A stretch of DNA of 64,000 bases from NCBI GenBank assembly GCA_964016885.1, contig OZ024742.1:76012001-76076000 (forward strand), in the 5' to 3' direction. A program made the position numbers and the translations under genes. Positions 50,101-62,678 of this stretch are shown piece after piece (position 1 is the stretch's first letter; every line of letters starts with the position of its first letter). Below the pieces are notes generated by a model, which did not search any database, was not told where the DNA came from, and was given only the letters and a program-made list of their open reading frames with translations. This stretch comes from Eledone cirrhosa (taxonomy: Eukaryota).

Positions 50101-52906
50101 TATCTATTTCCCTACAAAATACTCTATCTAGATATGATCTGGATGACACTATGCGATTTGTCCAAGTCCACATTGGCACATTCGGGAAATCCAATCGGTA
50201 CCTGTCAGACAGTTCAAAACGCCTGAGCAGGTTGATGAGACTCCTGCACCCTCCTCCCCTATCCGCTAATCCCACACAGTCCCAGCGTGCATCTAAGATC
50301 CCGTTCCAGTCGCCCACTAACACTAAAGAGCGGGACGTTCCAAGAAAGGTCTCCAGACGCCGGAAGAAATCAGGCCGCCCTGCTCCTGTCGGGGCATAGA
50401 CGGCCACTAACCTGAAAGCTTGCCCGTTTCCACTGGTCAGGTGCAGCACCACCAACTTACCTTCTGGGTCCAGGAAGTTGGTCCGTATGGCAAGATCGAA
50501 ACCTCTCCGAAAAAGCACAGCAACTCCACCCCGATCCCGGACGACTGGGAGATGCGTACACATCGTAGCCGCCAGAGATCGGTGCGAAGGCCCATGCTTC
50601 GGAGATTCTGGTCTCGCTGATGGCCACTACATCTATGTTTAGTGACGTGAGGTCGTTGAGCAGGTGGCCTGCTTCCATGACGACCCAAAGCCACGCGCAT
50701 TTATGCTGCCTATTCTGAGTAAGGTGATGTTGAAATGGAGTGGAAAAGATGGGAAAGATCACTTACCTTACTTCTCGTAGAGGAAGGACGGTTTCTCCAT
50801 CCTTTTCACTGCTTGTGGCCTCCTCAGGAAGGATGTCCTTATAAATCCTGCTGGAGAGTGCTTGTCGGAAATCTCCGATGTCTTTGGGGAATTTTTGTTT
50901 TAGTGTCATGTACGTTTTCTGTGTGATGCGAGTGATTTCTGTGTGTGGAGGTCGTGTGAACTTTTGGGTTGTTGTGTAGTCTTTTTCTGTGAAGCTGGTG
51001 TTGTGTTGGATGTAGTGTAATAATTGGTTGTTGTTCAAATGTAATGCTGTGCAGTGTGTATCGTGTTGGTTGTTTAGTTTTGTTTGCGTTTGTTGTGGAT
51101 TTGTTTCTGTTTCGCTTTTTTGTGACTTTTGTGATGTAGGTGATGCTGGTGTTGTGGTTAATGATGGTGATGGTGTTCGTGTTTGTGGTGATGGAGTTAG
51201 TGATGCTGGTGTGGATGGTGGCATATCTGTTCTAACTTTTTTGTTTGATAGTTTATTTGTTTCCCTTTGTATTTTGTTTTTGGAGGGAGAAGGAAGAGAA
51301 TTTTTGCTTTTTTGGTTTCTTTTTTCTTTTTCCTGATACCGTTTCCCACTCCTCGTCGTCACAATCTGTCTCCAGTTGTGATAAGCCGGGGAGTGGAAAA
51401 TCCTCCACAGGCGTTAGTTGTTGTTGTGGCGTGGTGGATGGTGTGGGCGCTGTTGCTAGTTCTTGCGAGTCGGGTGGCGGTGATGTTGGTTTTGCTATTG
51501 TTGCTGGGGTTGTTGCTGTTTCAGTTGCCTCTGTTGTTGCTGCTACAGTTGCTGCTGCCATCTCTGCTGCTGGTGGTGTTGATGGTGGAGTCACTGGGTG
51601 GGTAGGAGAGGTGGCCTCAACTTTTTAGCCTGAGGGCAGAAAGCCCTTAGGTGGGTTCCTTCACCACAAACGACACACCTAGGCCTTCTGCCCTCGACAA
51701 TTACGGTGAGGTGGCTGCCGTCAGTGAGGTCTATTACCTCTGCGATCTCCTCCATGCTTTTTTGGCCCGCTTGGATCAGGAGCTCCATCCCAGATCTGGA
51801 TCAGTTCTCCTGCTTTTCTTTCGCTATTTCTATTATCTTGGTGTTGGCTTCAATGCCGGCGAGGACGGCAGCGATTAGCCAGGGAATTTCGATGGCCGGT
51901 GGAACGTGGGTTACCCTGATCATTACGTGTCTCTGTCCACAATAGCTTGGGACGAGTGTGAAGTCATCACTTCATAATGGGGCCATGGAATGTTCTCTAG
52001 CCTCCTGTGGTGTTTCAAAGAACACGTCAACGGTTCCATACTTCTGCCCACGTCCGATGTGGGTTTTTTTTGCCCACACATGTCCCAAAGCTTTTTGGAT
52101 TTGGGACTCGGATGCCCGTTCCACTCGGCGCGATTTTATATTAATTGTTCGATAAGACACGGTGCATAGGCGCCGATGCTCCATTTTATTAGGTGTGTGT
52201 GGGGGGGGGACTGACCCTTTACCTATCTTTCTTTACCATTTGTTTGGCTTTTTCTAATTGCTCCTGAGTTACCTGAAATGCTTCGCACTGTTTTGCTACT
52301 CTGGCAAAACTCAGGGTGGTTTTCTTAATGTCATTGTTGCTGTTGGTGTTATCGTTATTTTTGTTATTATTAATTTTAGTTTCAGTTGTGGTGGTGGTGG
52401 CGTCAGTGGTGTTTCGGTGTGGAAGAGTTCATTTTGGTTGAATTTGTTTCGATATCACGAGTTAATTAATTTCTTTCTTTTGTTTCTGTTATCGCTGTGG
52501 AGGGTGTGTGGGTGGCGGCTTTAATACCTGCAACATTAGTAATGGCGGGAAATGAATGTCTGACTGAGACAAATTTAATATATTGCTACTGCTTATATTT
52601 TGTTTAGTGTTGGCAAACGTAGTAATATTTACAATGGTGGTGTTGGTGTGAGGTGTAAGTTTGTGAGAAAGGAGTGACTCTGAGTCAGCCATGATGTTTC
52701 AAAGAAACATATTTGTTTGATAATTATAAAAGTTTAAAATTTGGGCTCAAGGCCCCAATCTTGATGGGTGTCCTTTTCAGATAATAATGTATGTGCACTT
52801 ATATACAGTTAACAATAACATTTTCCATGAATGGCAATTTTGAACAACTGAAAATAAAAAAACCTTTGCGGAGCTCACGATGATACGATTTACTACGTAG
52901 GTCGCC
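47191..52906 (-). mobile_element. L1/Tx1-type non-LTR retrotransposon copy C, full length but decayed (ORF1 ATG 52692, stop 50763-50765; ORF2 ~50713-47443)
   Basis: Collinear with copy A including the 5' end GGCGACCTACGT; APE/RT peptides in ORFs 49517-50563, 48968-49261 and 48234-48557; (AAT)n on both sides. Confidence 0.92.
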
Positions 52907-52956
52907 AATAATAATAATAATTATTATTAATAATTATTAATAATTATTAATAATAA

Positions 52957-55900
52957 TTTCATTCTTAAGCCACGCAATACTCACATTAAGGAACCACTCA
53001 TGATAATAACAATTTAAAAAACAACAAAAAAGAAAACCCCGTGACCAAGAAATACCGGCATGGCGGCCGGCGGGGAATAGCCGTGTTTCTAGGGGAGGAC
53101 GACCCCTCTAGTCTTGGTTGACACTTGTCCTAGAAGTGGTAACTCGAAATGATTACCCCTTGGCGGTTATGGATAAAACGCGACAAAATAAAGTAAATGT
53201 CAAATGATAAAATCTCATACCGGATCGGCTGTCACCCGGGTCAAAAAGAGCGACGTCCCTCAGAGAGGAACAAGACTGGGGGCGAAAAAGCAGCTAATGG
53301 TTCAAACCTTCCCATCACTTCGGAGCTGGAGAACTCCCACAACCGGAATACTCCTACTGTTGGCCCTCCATGCTCACCACCAAGAAATCCAAAGAAAAAG
53401 AGAGAAAAGTGGTCAATGGAAGACAATAAAGGAGTCGTTGAGGCTTTCTACACTGCCATGTACTACCCATCAAATAGATCGAATACAGAACAGACATATA
53501 TCAACTGGAAAAAGAAACATCCTGAAAACAGAGGCTATGTTGACAGTAACAATCTAGCCAATATAGGAAGAAATATTGTTGAAAAAAAAGGTACTAACTG
53601 ATATAGAAATTGATCAGATAAAACTATTAGCACAAAGTCAGCGAAGGGAAAATGAAACATGGTCAGTGAAAACGAGGTAAATTGGAACACTTCGAATCCC
53701 AGGGTTGGGGAGGAATCACTGACAACAGAACAAATTAAAGAAAGGATCGAAAAAGTGGAGGTAGTGCATGCTTAAGATAAAACTCAAAATAAAAACAATG
53801 AGATCGTAAATGATAAAATAAATGAATGAGAATGAACTTGCCAACTTGAAGGATGAAATTATGATCGAATGGATGAAAATGAAAGAATCTGACATGGGGA
53901 ACGGGACACTCTCCCTAAGATCCAGAACTCCAAACAGAACCAAAAGATAATACACAAGACTAACATAATTCTCAAAAACATTATCATCACAAGCAAACTA
54001 AACATTACTGATCTAAATCATCTTTATTGTGCATCGGCTAAAGTCACCACTCACTTATATGGAATGAAAATGAAAGAAACAAAGGAAATCCAACAAGAAA
54101 TCTACTTGGCAAGAGAACATCAATCGCCAAATAAACCTTCTCCGATCTGACATAGACATTTTAACAAACCACGAAGTAGGTGAACATGTTGAACAAACTA
54201 AACTTAGAAAATTGAAAAGAAAATACAGTATAATATCAACAAGTGACATAGATATGCTGATAGAAATAATCAAGCAAAAAGTGTCGGCCAAAGCTGCTCG
54301 TCTAAGGCGCTTTGAAAAGCGATCTAGATTCTATAAGGACAATAATATGTTGAAAAACAACCAAAGAAACTTCTACAGAAAAATTGGTAAGTCAACAATA
54401 CCTGCTAAATCAATACCACCCAAGGAGGAAGTGCAAGAATTCTGGGAAAAGATGTGGGCCGAAGAAAAAGTTCATAATATACATGCCCCATTGATAGACA
54501 GACACATGAACGATACAGCTCACCTTGAGGAACAAATATGGGAAAATATAACAGTTGAACAGTTGCGGTTGGCTCTTAGCAAAACCAACAAATGGAAATC
54601 CCCAGAAAAAGACAATATAGCAAATTTTTGGATAAATACCTTCACAGTGTTGTTAGCCTAATTTTACGATGAAATAGTTAAGGAGCCAGAAAAGATACCA
54701 TCATGGCTAGTTAACGGCATTACATTCCTGCTTCTGATGAATGATGAGACAAACAATCCCAAAAATTACAGACCGATAACTTGCTTGACCACAATGTAAA
54801 CAATGTTATCATCAGTCCTAAGTAAATATACATATGACCACCTGATAACAAATGATCTTTTTCCCAATGAGCAGAAAGGGTGTAAACGAGGCTCATCCGG
54901 CTGTAAGGATCAGCCTCGTTTAACAAAATGATACTGGAAGATTGTCATAATAGACACAAAAATCTATCAATTGCTTGGATAGATTATAAAAAAAGCATTC
55001 GATAGTTTGCCACACAGTTGGATTGAAAAATGTTTTGAGATTTTCAAAATATCTCCCGTTGTCAGGAGATTCCTGTCATTCAGTATGAAGACATGGAAAA
55101 CGACACTCCTTTTGAATAGTGAAAGAAAATCACTGGAAGCTGGAGAAGTTAATATTAATTGTGGAATTTTTCAGGGTGACTCTTTATCACCGCTTTTATT
55201 CGGAATCGCACTCATACCATTAAGAAAAATGCTCAATGAAACAAAACATGGATATAAAGTCTATGGCAAAACCATTAATCACTTGTTCTACATGGATGAC
55301 CTGAAACTATTTGCAAAAAATGATGAACAATTGCAAGGGCTATTATCCACTGTGGAGCAGTTCAGTGATGCCATTAAAATGGAGTTTCGACTAGATAAAT
55401 GCGCCAAAGCAACGTTCACCAGAGGAAAGCTGCTGAAAAGTTCAGACATTAATCTTGATCCGGGGTATGTGATAATAGAACTTGATGAAGAGGAAACTTA
55501 CAAATATCTAGGTGTTTGTGAAGGAGAGGCAATCAAGCACCCGACAATGAGGGAAAGAATAAGGAAGGAATGTTACCGCAGAGTAAGAGCATACCTCAAG
55601 AACGGAATTGAATGAAAGGAATAGGATCGATGCCATAAACACGCTTGCCATACCAGTAGTAACCTACAGTTACAATGTCATTAACTGGTCAAGCACAGAG
55701 ATCCGTAGGCTCGATACAAACATTTGAAAATGCGTAACAATGCACAGAATGCATCACCCTAAGGCAGATACAGATAGAATATATCTCCCTAGGAAAGAAG
55801 GAGGACGTGGGTTAATCCAGTTAGATATTGCGTTGAAAACTGCAACAATTGGATTATCTACATAACTAAGGGAATCACAAAGATACAGTAATGGACTACA

Positions 55901-56905
55901 AATTTCAGAAGTCCCATTTACTGCTGAAATGGAAAACACAGAAAAAGCAAATCAGGTAAAATTATCTGCAAAGAAAGAACTGCTACAGAAACTGGCAAAG
56001 AATGGCAAGAAAAGCCTATGTATGGAAAATACCCAGAAAGAGCTAACAATCCTGATGTTGACAAAACATTAACCCATCAGTGGTTGGCATCCTCTGGACT
56101 GAAATCGGAGATTGAAGGACTGATTATATCAGCACAAGATCAGTGTCTGGCAACCAAAAATTAACAAGCCAACATAATAAAAAATGGATGCAACCCATTA
56201 TCCCGTGTATGTAAAAAACAACCAGAGACCATTCATCATATAATTTCAACGTGCAGTCCTATAGCTCCAACCGAATACCTAAACAGGCATGGCAGAGCTG
56301 CACAATACATACATTGGATAATGTGTAAGCATTTTGACCTGCCCCATCGAAAGAATTGGTGGGAGAATCAACCACCTCCCATACTTGAAAAAGATCACAT
56401 CTCAATCTTGTGGAATTTTAGCATCCAAACCGACCGAAAAGTAGATGCAAATAGACCTGATATAATACTGAAGGATTTTAAAAAGAGGGTATGCCTGCTA
56501 ATTGATATGTCCGTTCCAATAGACAAGAATGTATCTATAAAAACATTTGAAAAATTTGAGCCCGTATAAAGACGGCGGGATAGAGATTGGAAAAATGTGG
56601 AAGTTGAGAACTAAAACAATACCAGTGGTTGTAGGCGCTCTAGGAATGATACCTAAGACGTCCCAAATCCCAGGAATCCCGCGTATAGAAGAAATACAAA
56701 AGATAGTACTAATGGGAACTGCCCATATGCTTAGGAGGATTCTGTCAATTTAAATACATCACAGGTCTAAACAACTATAGATATATGTATGTGTGTATGA
56801 GTTCTTTTTTAACATGGCGGACCTTGTTGTCTCTTGAGGTCACTGTTTGTGATTTGGTCATAATTCGTATGAACATAAAGGAAAATAAATGAAATAATAA
56901 TACTA
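52957..56905 (+). mobile_element. second R4/Dong-clade family, apparently full length, decayed
   Basis: KWSMEDN N-terminal motif, NYRPITCL, EQKGC, GIFQGDSLSP, LFYMDDLKLF, YKYLG, NRPDIILKD..IDMSVP; AAT tracts at both ends. Confidence 0.9.
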
Positions 56906-56912
56906 TATTATT

Positions 56913-57010
56913 ATAGCCGAGTGTATGGAGAATTGGATTCACAATCGTGAATTTGTGACCTGGCGATGCCTTATGTCCTTGAGCAAGACATTATTTCACG
57001 TGGCTCCTTC
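56913..57010 (+). mobile_element. family 2 (CORE-type) SINE head, decayed; second copy at 57683-57778
   Basis: TAGCCGAGTG A-box-like, GTCCTTGAGCAAGACA..ATTTCAC CORE-like block. Confidence 0.55.
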
Positions 57011-57102
57011 TACCTGGAATTGTGACCGATAGATAGTATTAGCAATTGGAAAGACCAACAGAAACATAGTCTCCTCGCTCCGATTTGACAAAAGTCGATC
57101 GA

Positions 57103-57138
<36 letters not shown>

Positions 57139-57315
57139 GTAAAAGGTTAACAGAAATAACAACACAATTGGTACAGTATATGGTCGGAATATATTAGTTT
57201 AACGCTTGAAATAGCAGGAAGAGAGTCCCAACGTTTCGGACGCTAGTCATTCATTAGAAGAAAGAATGAGTATATATATAAGTTAGTTTTGAAACTGCGA
57301 GCAAAATTTGAAACT

Positions 57316-57519
57316 TAGCAGAAATAGAAGCTTTCGTCGTATTTTTGACTAAAGAAAATTTAGCCTGATATTCCGGTTTTAAACCCTCTAAAAATGGAAA
57401 AGGAAGAGTATTGATAAGTTAATACTCAACCTTTTCCAATTGCTAGTGTGTTCTAAACTCCACTGTCAGGCTAACATTTCTTTAGTCAAAAATATGGCGA
57501 AAGCTTCTATTTTCTACTA
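57316..57519. repeat. MITE-like element with ~53-bp terminal inverted repeats
   Basis: TAGCAGAAATAGAAGCTTTCG...GACTAAAGAAA..TTAGCCTGA is mirrored by TCAGGCTAA..TTTCTTTAGTC...CGAAAGCTTCTATTT.CTACTA. Confidence 0.7.
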
Positions 57520-57863
57520 GATAGATGTATGTGTGTATGTGTTCTTTCTTGAACATGGTGGGCATTGTTGTCTCTTGAGGTCACTGGTTGTGACTTGGTG
57601 ATAACTCGTATGAACATAAAGCAAGATAAATGAAATAATAATAATATATTATTATAAATGAAATAATAATAATATATTATTATAGCCGAGTGGATGGAGA
57701 ATTGGATTCGCTATCGTGAATTGCGAATCATGGACCGGGCGATGCGTTATGTCCTTGAGCAAGACACTTGATTTCACATGAACCTAATACTAACATTGTT
57801 TGTACTGCACTCATCGTTATTATTTTTGTCTTTTGTTTTTAAATTATATATATATATATATAT

Positions 57864-60800
57864 AAATTGGAATAAATGCTCTGAAATAGCGATATATATG
57901 TGAATATAGACATAGAATATTCGAAAATATTCTGTATGCTTATAATAAACATTTTGAAGACCTAATCGCTATAGAATAGAATACGTCACGTATTACAATT
58001 AGATTCTCGATAAAAGCAAGGGAAGTAATCTACGCGTTTCATTCTTGTTAGAAATCATCAGGACTACATATCCAGTGCTTTTATCGAGAATGACACAGCT
58101 AGAGACTTATAGAATACTTAGCTGTGTACAGTAACTGGTTTGAAAGAGCGGTTGCCGGTCCGGCAGAAATTAGAAATTGGAATAAATGCTCTGAAATAGC
58201 GATATATATGTGAATATAGACATAGAATATTCGAAAATATTCTGTATGCTTATAATAAACATTTTGAAGACCTAATCGCTATAGAATAGAATACGTCACG
58301 TATTACAATTAGATTCTCGATAAAAGCAAGGGAAGTAATCTACGCGTTTCATTCTTGTTAGAAATCATCAGGACTACATATCCAGTGCTTTTATCGAGAA
58401 TGACACAGCTAGAGACTTATAGAATACTTAGCTGTGTACAGTAACTGGTTTGTACAGTAATTGTAATACGTGACGTATTCTATTCTATAGCGATTAGGTC
58501 TTCAAAATGTTTATTATAAGCATACAGAATATTTTCGAATATTCTATGTCTATATTCACATATATATCGCTATTTCAGAGCATTTATTCCAATTTCTAAT
58601 TTCTGCCGGACCGGCAACCGCTCTTTCAAACCAGTTACTGTACACAGCTAAGTATTCTATAAGTCTCTAGCTGTGTCATTCTCGATAAAAGCACTGGATA
58701 TGTAGTCCTGATGATTTCTAACAAGAATGAAACGCGTAGATTACTTCCCTTGCTTTTATCGAGAATCTAATTGTAATACGTGACGTATTCTATTCTATAG
58801 CGATTAGGTCTTCAAAATGTTTATTATAAGCATACAGAATATTTTCGAATATTCTATGTCTATATTCACATATATATCGCTATTTCAGAGCATTTATTCC
58901 AATTTCTAATTTCTGCCGGACCGGCAACCGCTCTTTCAAACCAGTTACTGTACACAGCTAAGTATTCTATAAGTCTCTAGCTGTGTCATTCTCGATAAAA
59001 GCACTGGATATGTAGTCCTGATGATTCCTAACAAGAATGAAACGCGTAGATTACTTCCCTTGCTTTTATCGAGAATCTAATTGTAATACGTGACGTATTC
59101 TATTCTATAGCGATTAGGTCTTCAAAATGTTTATTATAAGCATACAGAATATTTTCGAATATTCTATGTCTATATTCACATATATATCGCTATTTCAGAG
59201 CATTTATTCCAATTTCTAATTTCTGCCGGACCGGCAACCGCTCTTTCAAACCAGTTACTGTACACAGCTAAGTATTCTATAAGTCTCTAGCTGTGTCATT
59301 CTCGATAAAAGCACTGGATATGTAGTCCTGATGATTTCTAACAAGAATGAAACGCGTAGATTACTTCCCTTGCTTTTATCGAGAATCTAATTGTAATACG
59401 TGACGTATTCTATTCTATAGCGATTAGGTCTTCAAAATGTTTATTATAAGCATACAGAATATTTTCGAATATTCTATGTCTATATTCACATATATATCGC
59501 TATTTCAGAGCATTTATTCCAATTTCTAATTTCTGCCGGACCGGCAACCGCTCTTTCAAACCAGTTACTGTACACAGCTAAGTATTCTATAAGTCTCTAG
59601 CTGTGTCATTCTCGATAAAAGCACTGGATATGTAGTCCTGATGATTTCTAACAAGAATGAAACGCGTAGATTACTTCCCTTGCTTTTATCGAGAATCTAA
59701 TTGTAATACGTGACGTATTCTATTCTATAGCGATTAGGTCTTCAAAATGTTTATTATAAGCATACAGAATATTTTCGAATATTCTATGTCTATATTCACA
59801 TATATATCGCTATTTCAGAGCATTTATTCCAATTTCTAATTTCTGCCGGACCGGCAACCGCTCTTTCAAACCAGTTACTGTACACAGCTAAGTATTCTAT
59901 AAGTCTCTAGCTGTGTCATTCTCGATAAAAGCACTGGATATGTAGTCCTGATGATTTCTAACAAGAATGAAACGCGTAGATTACTTCCCTTGCTTTTATC
60001 GAGAATCTAATTGTAATACGTGACGTATTCTATTCTATAGCGATTAGGTCTTCAAAATGTTTATTATAAGCATACAGAATATTTTCGAATATTCTATGTC
60101 TATATTCACATATATATCGCTATTTCAGAGCATTTATTCCAATTTCTAATTTCTGCCGGACCGGCAACCGCTCTTTCAAACCAGTTACTGTACACAGCTA
60201 AGTATTCTATAAGTCTCTAGCTGTGTCATTCTCGATAAAAGCACTGGATATGTAGTCCTGATGATTTCTAACAAGAATGAAACGCGTAGATTACTTCCCT
60301 TGCTTTTATCGAGAATCTAATTGTAATACGTGACGTATTCTATTCTATAGCGATTAGGTCTTCAAAATGTTTATTATAAGCATACAGAATATTTTCGAAT
60401 ATTCTATGTCTATATTCACATATATATCGCTATTTCAGAGCATTTATTCCAATTTCTAATTTCTGCCGGACCGGCAACCGCTCTTTCAAACCAGTTACTG
60501 TACACAGCTAAGTATTCTATAAGTCTCTAGCTGTGTCATTCTCGATAAAAGCACTGGATATGTAGTCCTGATGATTCCTAACAAGAATGAAACGCGTAGA
60601 TTACTTCCCTTGCTTTTATCGAGAATCTAATTGTAATACGTGACGTATTCTATTCTATAGCGATTAGGTCTTCAAAATGTTTATTATAAGCATACAGAAT
60701 ATTTTCGAATATTCTATGTCTATATTCACATATATATCGCTATTTCAGAGCATTTATTCCAATTTCTAATTTCTGCCGGACCGGCAACCGCTCTTTCAAA

Positions 60801-61034
60801 CCAGTTACTGTACACAGCTAAGTATTCTATAAGTCTCTAGCTGTGTCATTCTCGATAAAAGCACTGGATATGTAGTCCTGATGATTTCTAACAAGAATGA
60901 AACGCGTAGATTACTTCCCTTGCTTTTATCGAGAATCTAATTGTAATACGTGACGTATTCTATTCTATAGCGATTAGGTCTTCAAAATGTTTATTATAAG
61001 CATACAGAATATTTTCGAATATTCTATGTCTATA

Positions 61035-61038
<4 letters not shown>
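57864..61038. repeat. 310-bp tandem array: ~1.9 units on minus (57864-58452) then ~8.3 units on plus (58458-61038), flanked by (TA)n; retrozyme-like
   Basis: TTGTAATACG recurs at 58461, 58771, 59081, 59391, 59701, 60011, 60321, 60631 and 60941; the only difference I saw between units is one T/C site. Confidence 0.97.
58678..58766 (+). ncRNA. type I hammerhead ribozyme (first of 8 plus-strand copies at 310-bp spacing; minus copies at 58003-58091 and 58313-58401)
   Basis: GTAGTC-CTGATGA-T-TTCT-AACA-AGAA-T-GAAA-CGCG-TA-GATTAC, with distal stem I ATTCTCGATAAAAGCA/TGCTTTTATCGAGAAT (16 perfect pairs); predicted cleavage after GUA at 58738. Confidence 0.85.
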
Positions 61039-61119
<81 letters not shown>

Positions 61120-62210
61120 CAAATAGTTTATCTCTCTATATGGTTGAATACAATTGGTGTATGTTTTTAGAATATTAATAATAATATTTGATTGGTTTAC
61201 AATTATTCAAACAACCTCTTTAAAGCCATGTCAGTAAACCCTCTCAGTCTTGCTCCCGTGTTGGCTTTAAAGAGGGTGTTTGCATCGAATCGAATATTAT
61301 TATTAATATTTGAAAAATTCAGATTAAATTTATATATATATATATATATATTTATACATACACACACAGAGACACATATATATATTTGTGTGTGTATTAA
61401 ATTTATTGTATTATAAAATCATATGAATAACTAAATACTAGTATATATTTACATTATGAAAAAATACTAGTATATATTTACATTATGAAAACATAATAAT
61501 GTTGGTGCTGATATCAACAGAAAAGAAGTAAATAAGGAATAGAAATTATTTTTGAAAGAGTAATTTACGACTAAGTATTTCATATAGTCTTATTCTAGCT
61601 TGAAAGATGATGCTTTGCTATGAGTTTTATTTGTCACGGAGTGTTAGCTTTTATGAAGTTTGACAGGAGTCACTTAATATGCCCTAAATATTTAATGTAT
61701 GATTTGAAAAGAAAATAACTTTGGAATAACAATTCAGTTTCGAATTATGTGGTCAGCCCTGCTCATATTCTTACATTTTATTGATATAGATTTGTTTGTT
61801 AGCAGTTTTATTTTGTGTACACACAAACGTAATCAAGCACATTCACACACACATGTATACACCACATGTATACCTACATCCGAGATGTGAGGCAAGTGCT
61901 CAATGGTTCAGATGAACCAGAGCTATAACAAACGTTAAACGCCAAACACACTGAGACGATGGTTAAACAATAATTCGCTTAGCCCCCAAAACGATCAAGT
62001 AATTCGGGTATTGAAAATTTACCCGGACCCCTGGAAGGTTGGTAAAATTCAGTATATATATAAATGAATTAAGAGTGACAAAGGTGCTGTGTGGTTAATA
62101 ATAAATATTGTTATAAAACATAAGAGAAACACAAACATAAGAACAATTCCCGCTCTTCGTTTGACTGCTGCGGGTCGCTGATGTTTTAGTGCATTAAAGA
62201 CAGTACATCT

Positions 62211-62609
62211 TGCCACAGTGCATTAATAACTACGAGGTATAGTTATTAGGGAAGGAAACAACAACAACAAAAAAGCAAAATTAAACTGAGACGATATCGA
62301 AGAGAACGACAGAAAAAGAAAATAAACAGAAGAAAAAACATACCGGTAGAGAGGGAAAAACATGAGACAGTTGCACATGTAAGTAGCAGTAACCGATGGG
62401 AGAGAGGGAGAAGTTAAAAAGGAGACCGATCGTACGCCCTAAATCCTTATTAACAGCACGAAAGAGAGAGAGCGAAGAGAACACGTCTGATCTTAGCGAG
62501 AGCAGTCGCAAACGGGGAGGGACTAAGAAAACCGGGAGAGGTGGGGAGTGGTAAGTGAGTAGAGAGAGAAGGGAAGAAAGGAGCTAATGGTAGGAGAGAG
62601 AGAGAGAGA

Positions 62610-62678
<69 letters not shown>

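Noticed and set aside
54733-54760. CTGATGA hammerhead-like box
   Set aside because: Inside Dong coding sequence, with no properly placed GAAA or stems
57224-57262. Minus-strand CTAATGA...TCCGAAACGTT hammerhead-like motif near (TA)n
   Set aside because: G5 is mutated and stem I is unconvincing; at most a fossil
57864-61038. CRISPR array or ordinary centromeric satellite
   Set aside because: There are no variable spacers or cas genes and the context is eukaryotic; the ribozyme core, inversion and short length fit a retrozyme better
61433-61492. 30-bp tandem duplication AAATACTAGTATATATTTACATTATGAAAA
   Set aside because: Simple local slippage duplication with no further structure
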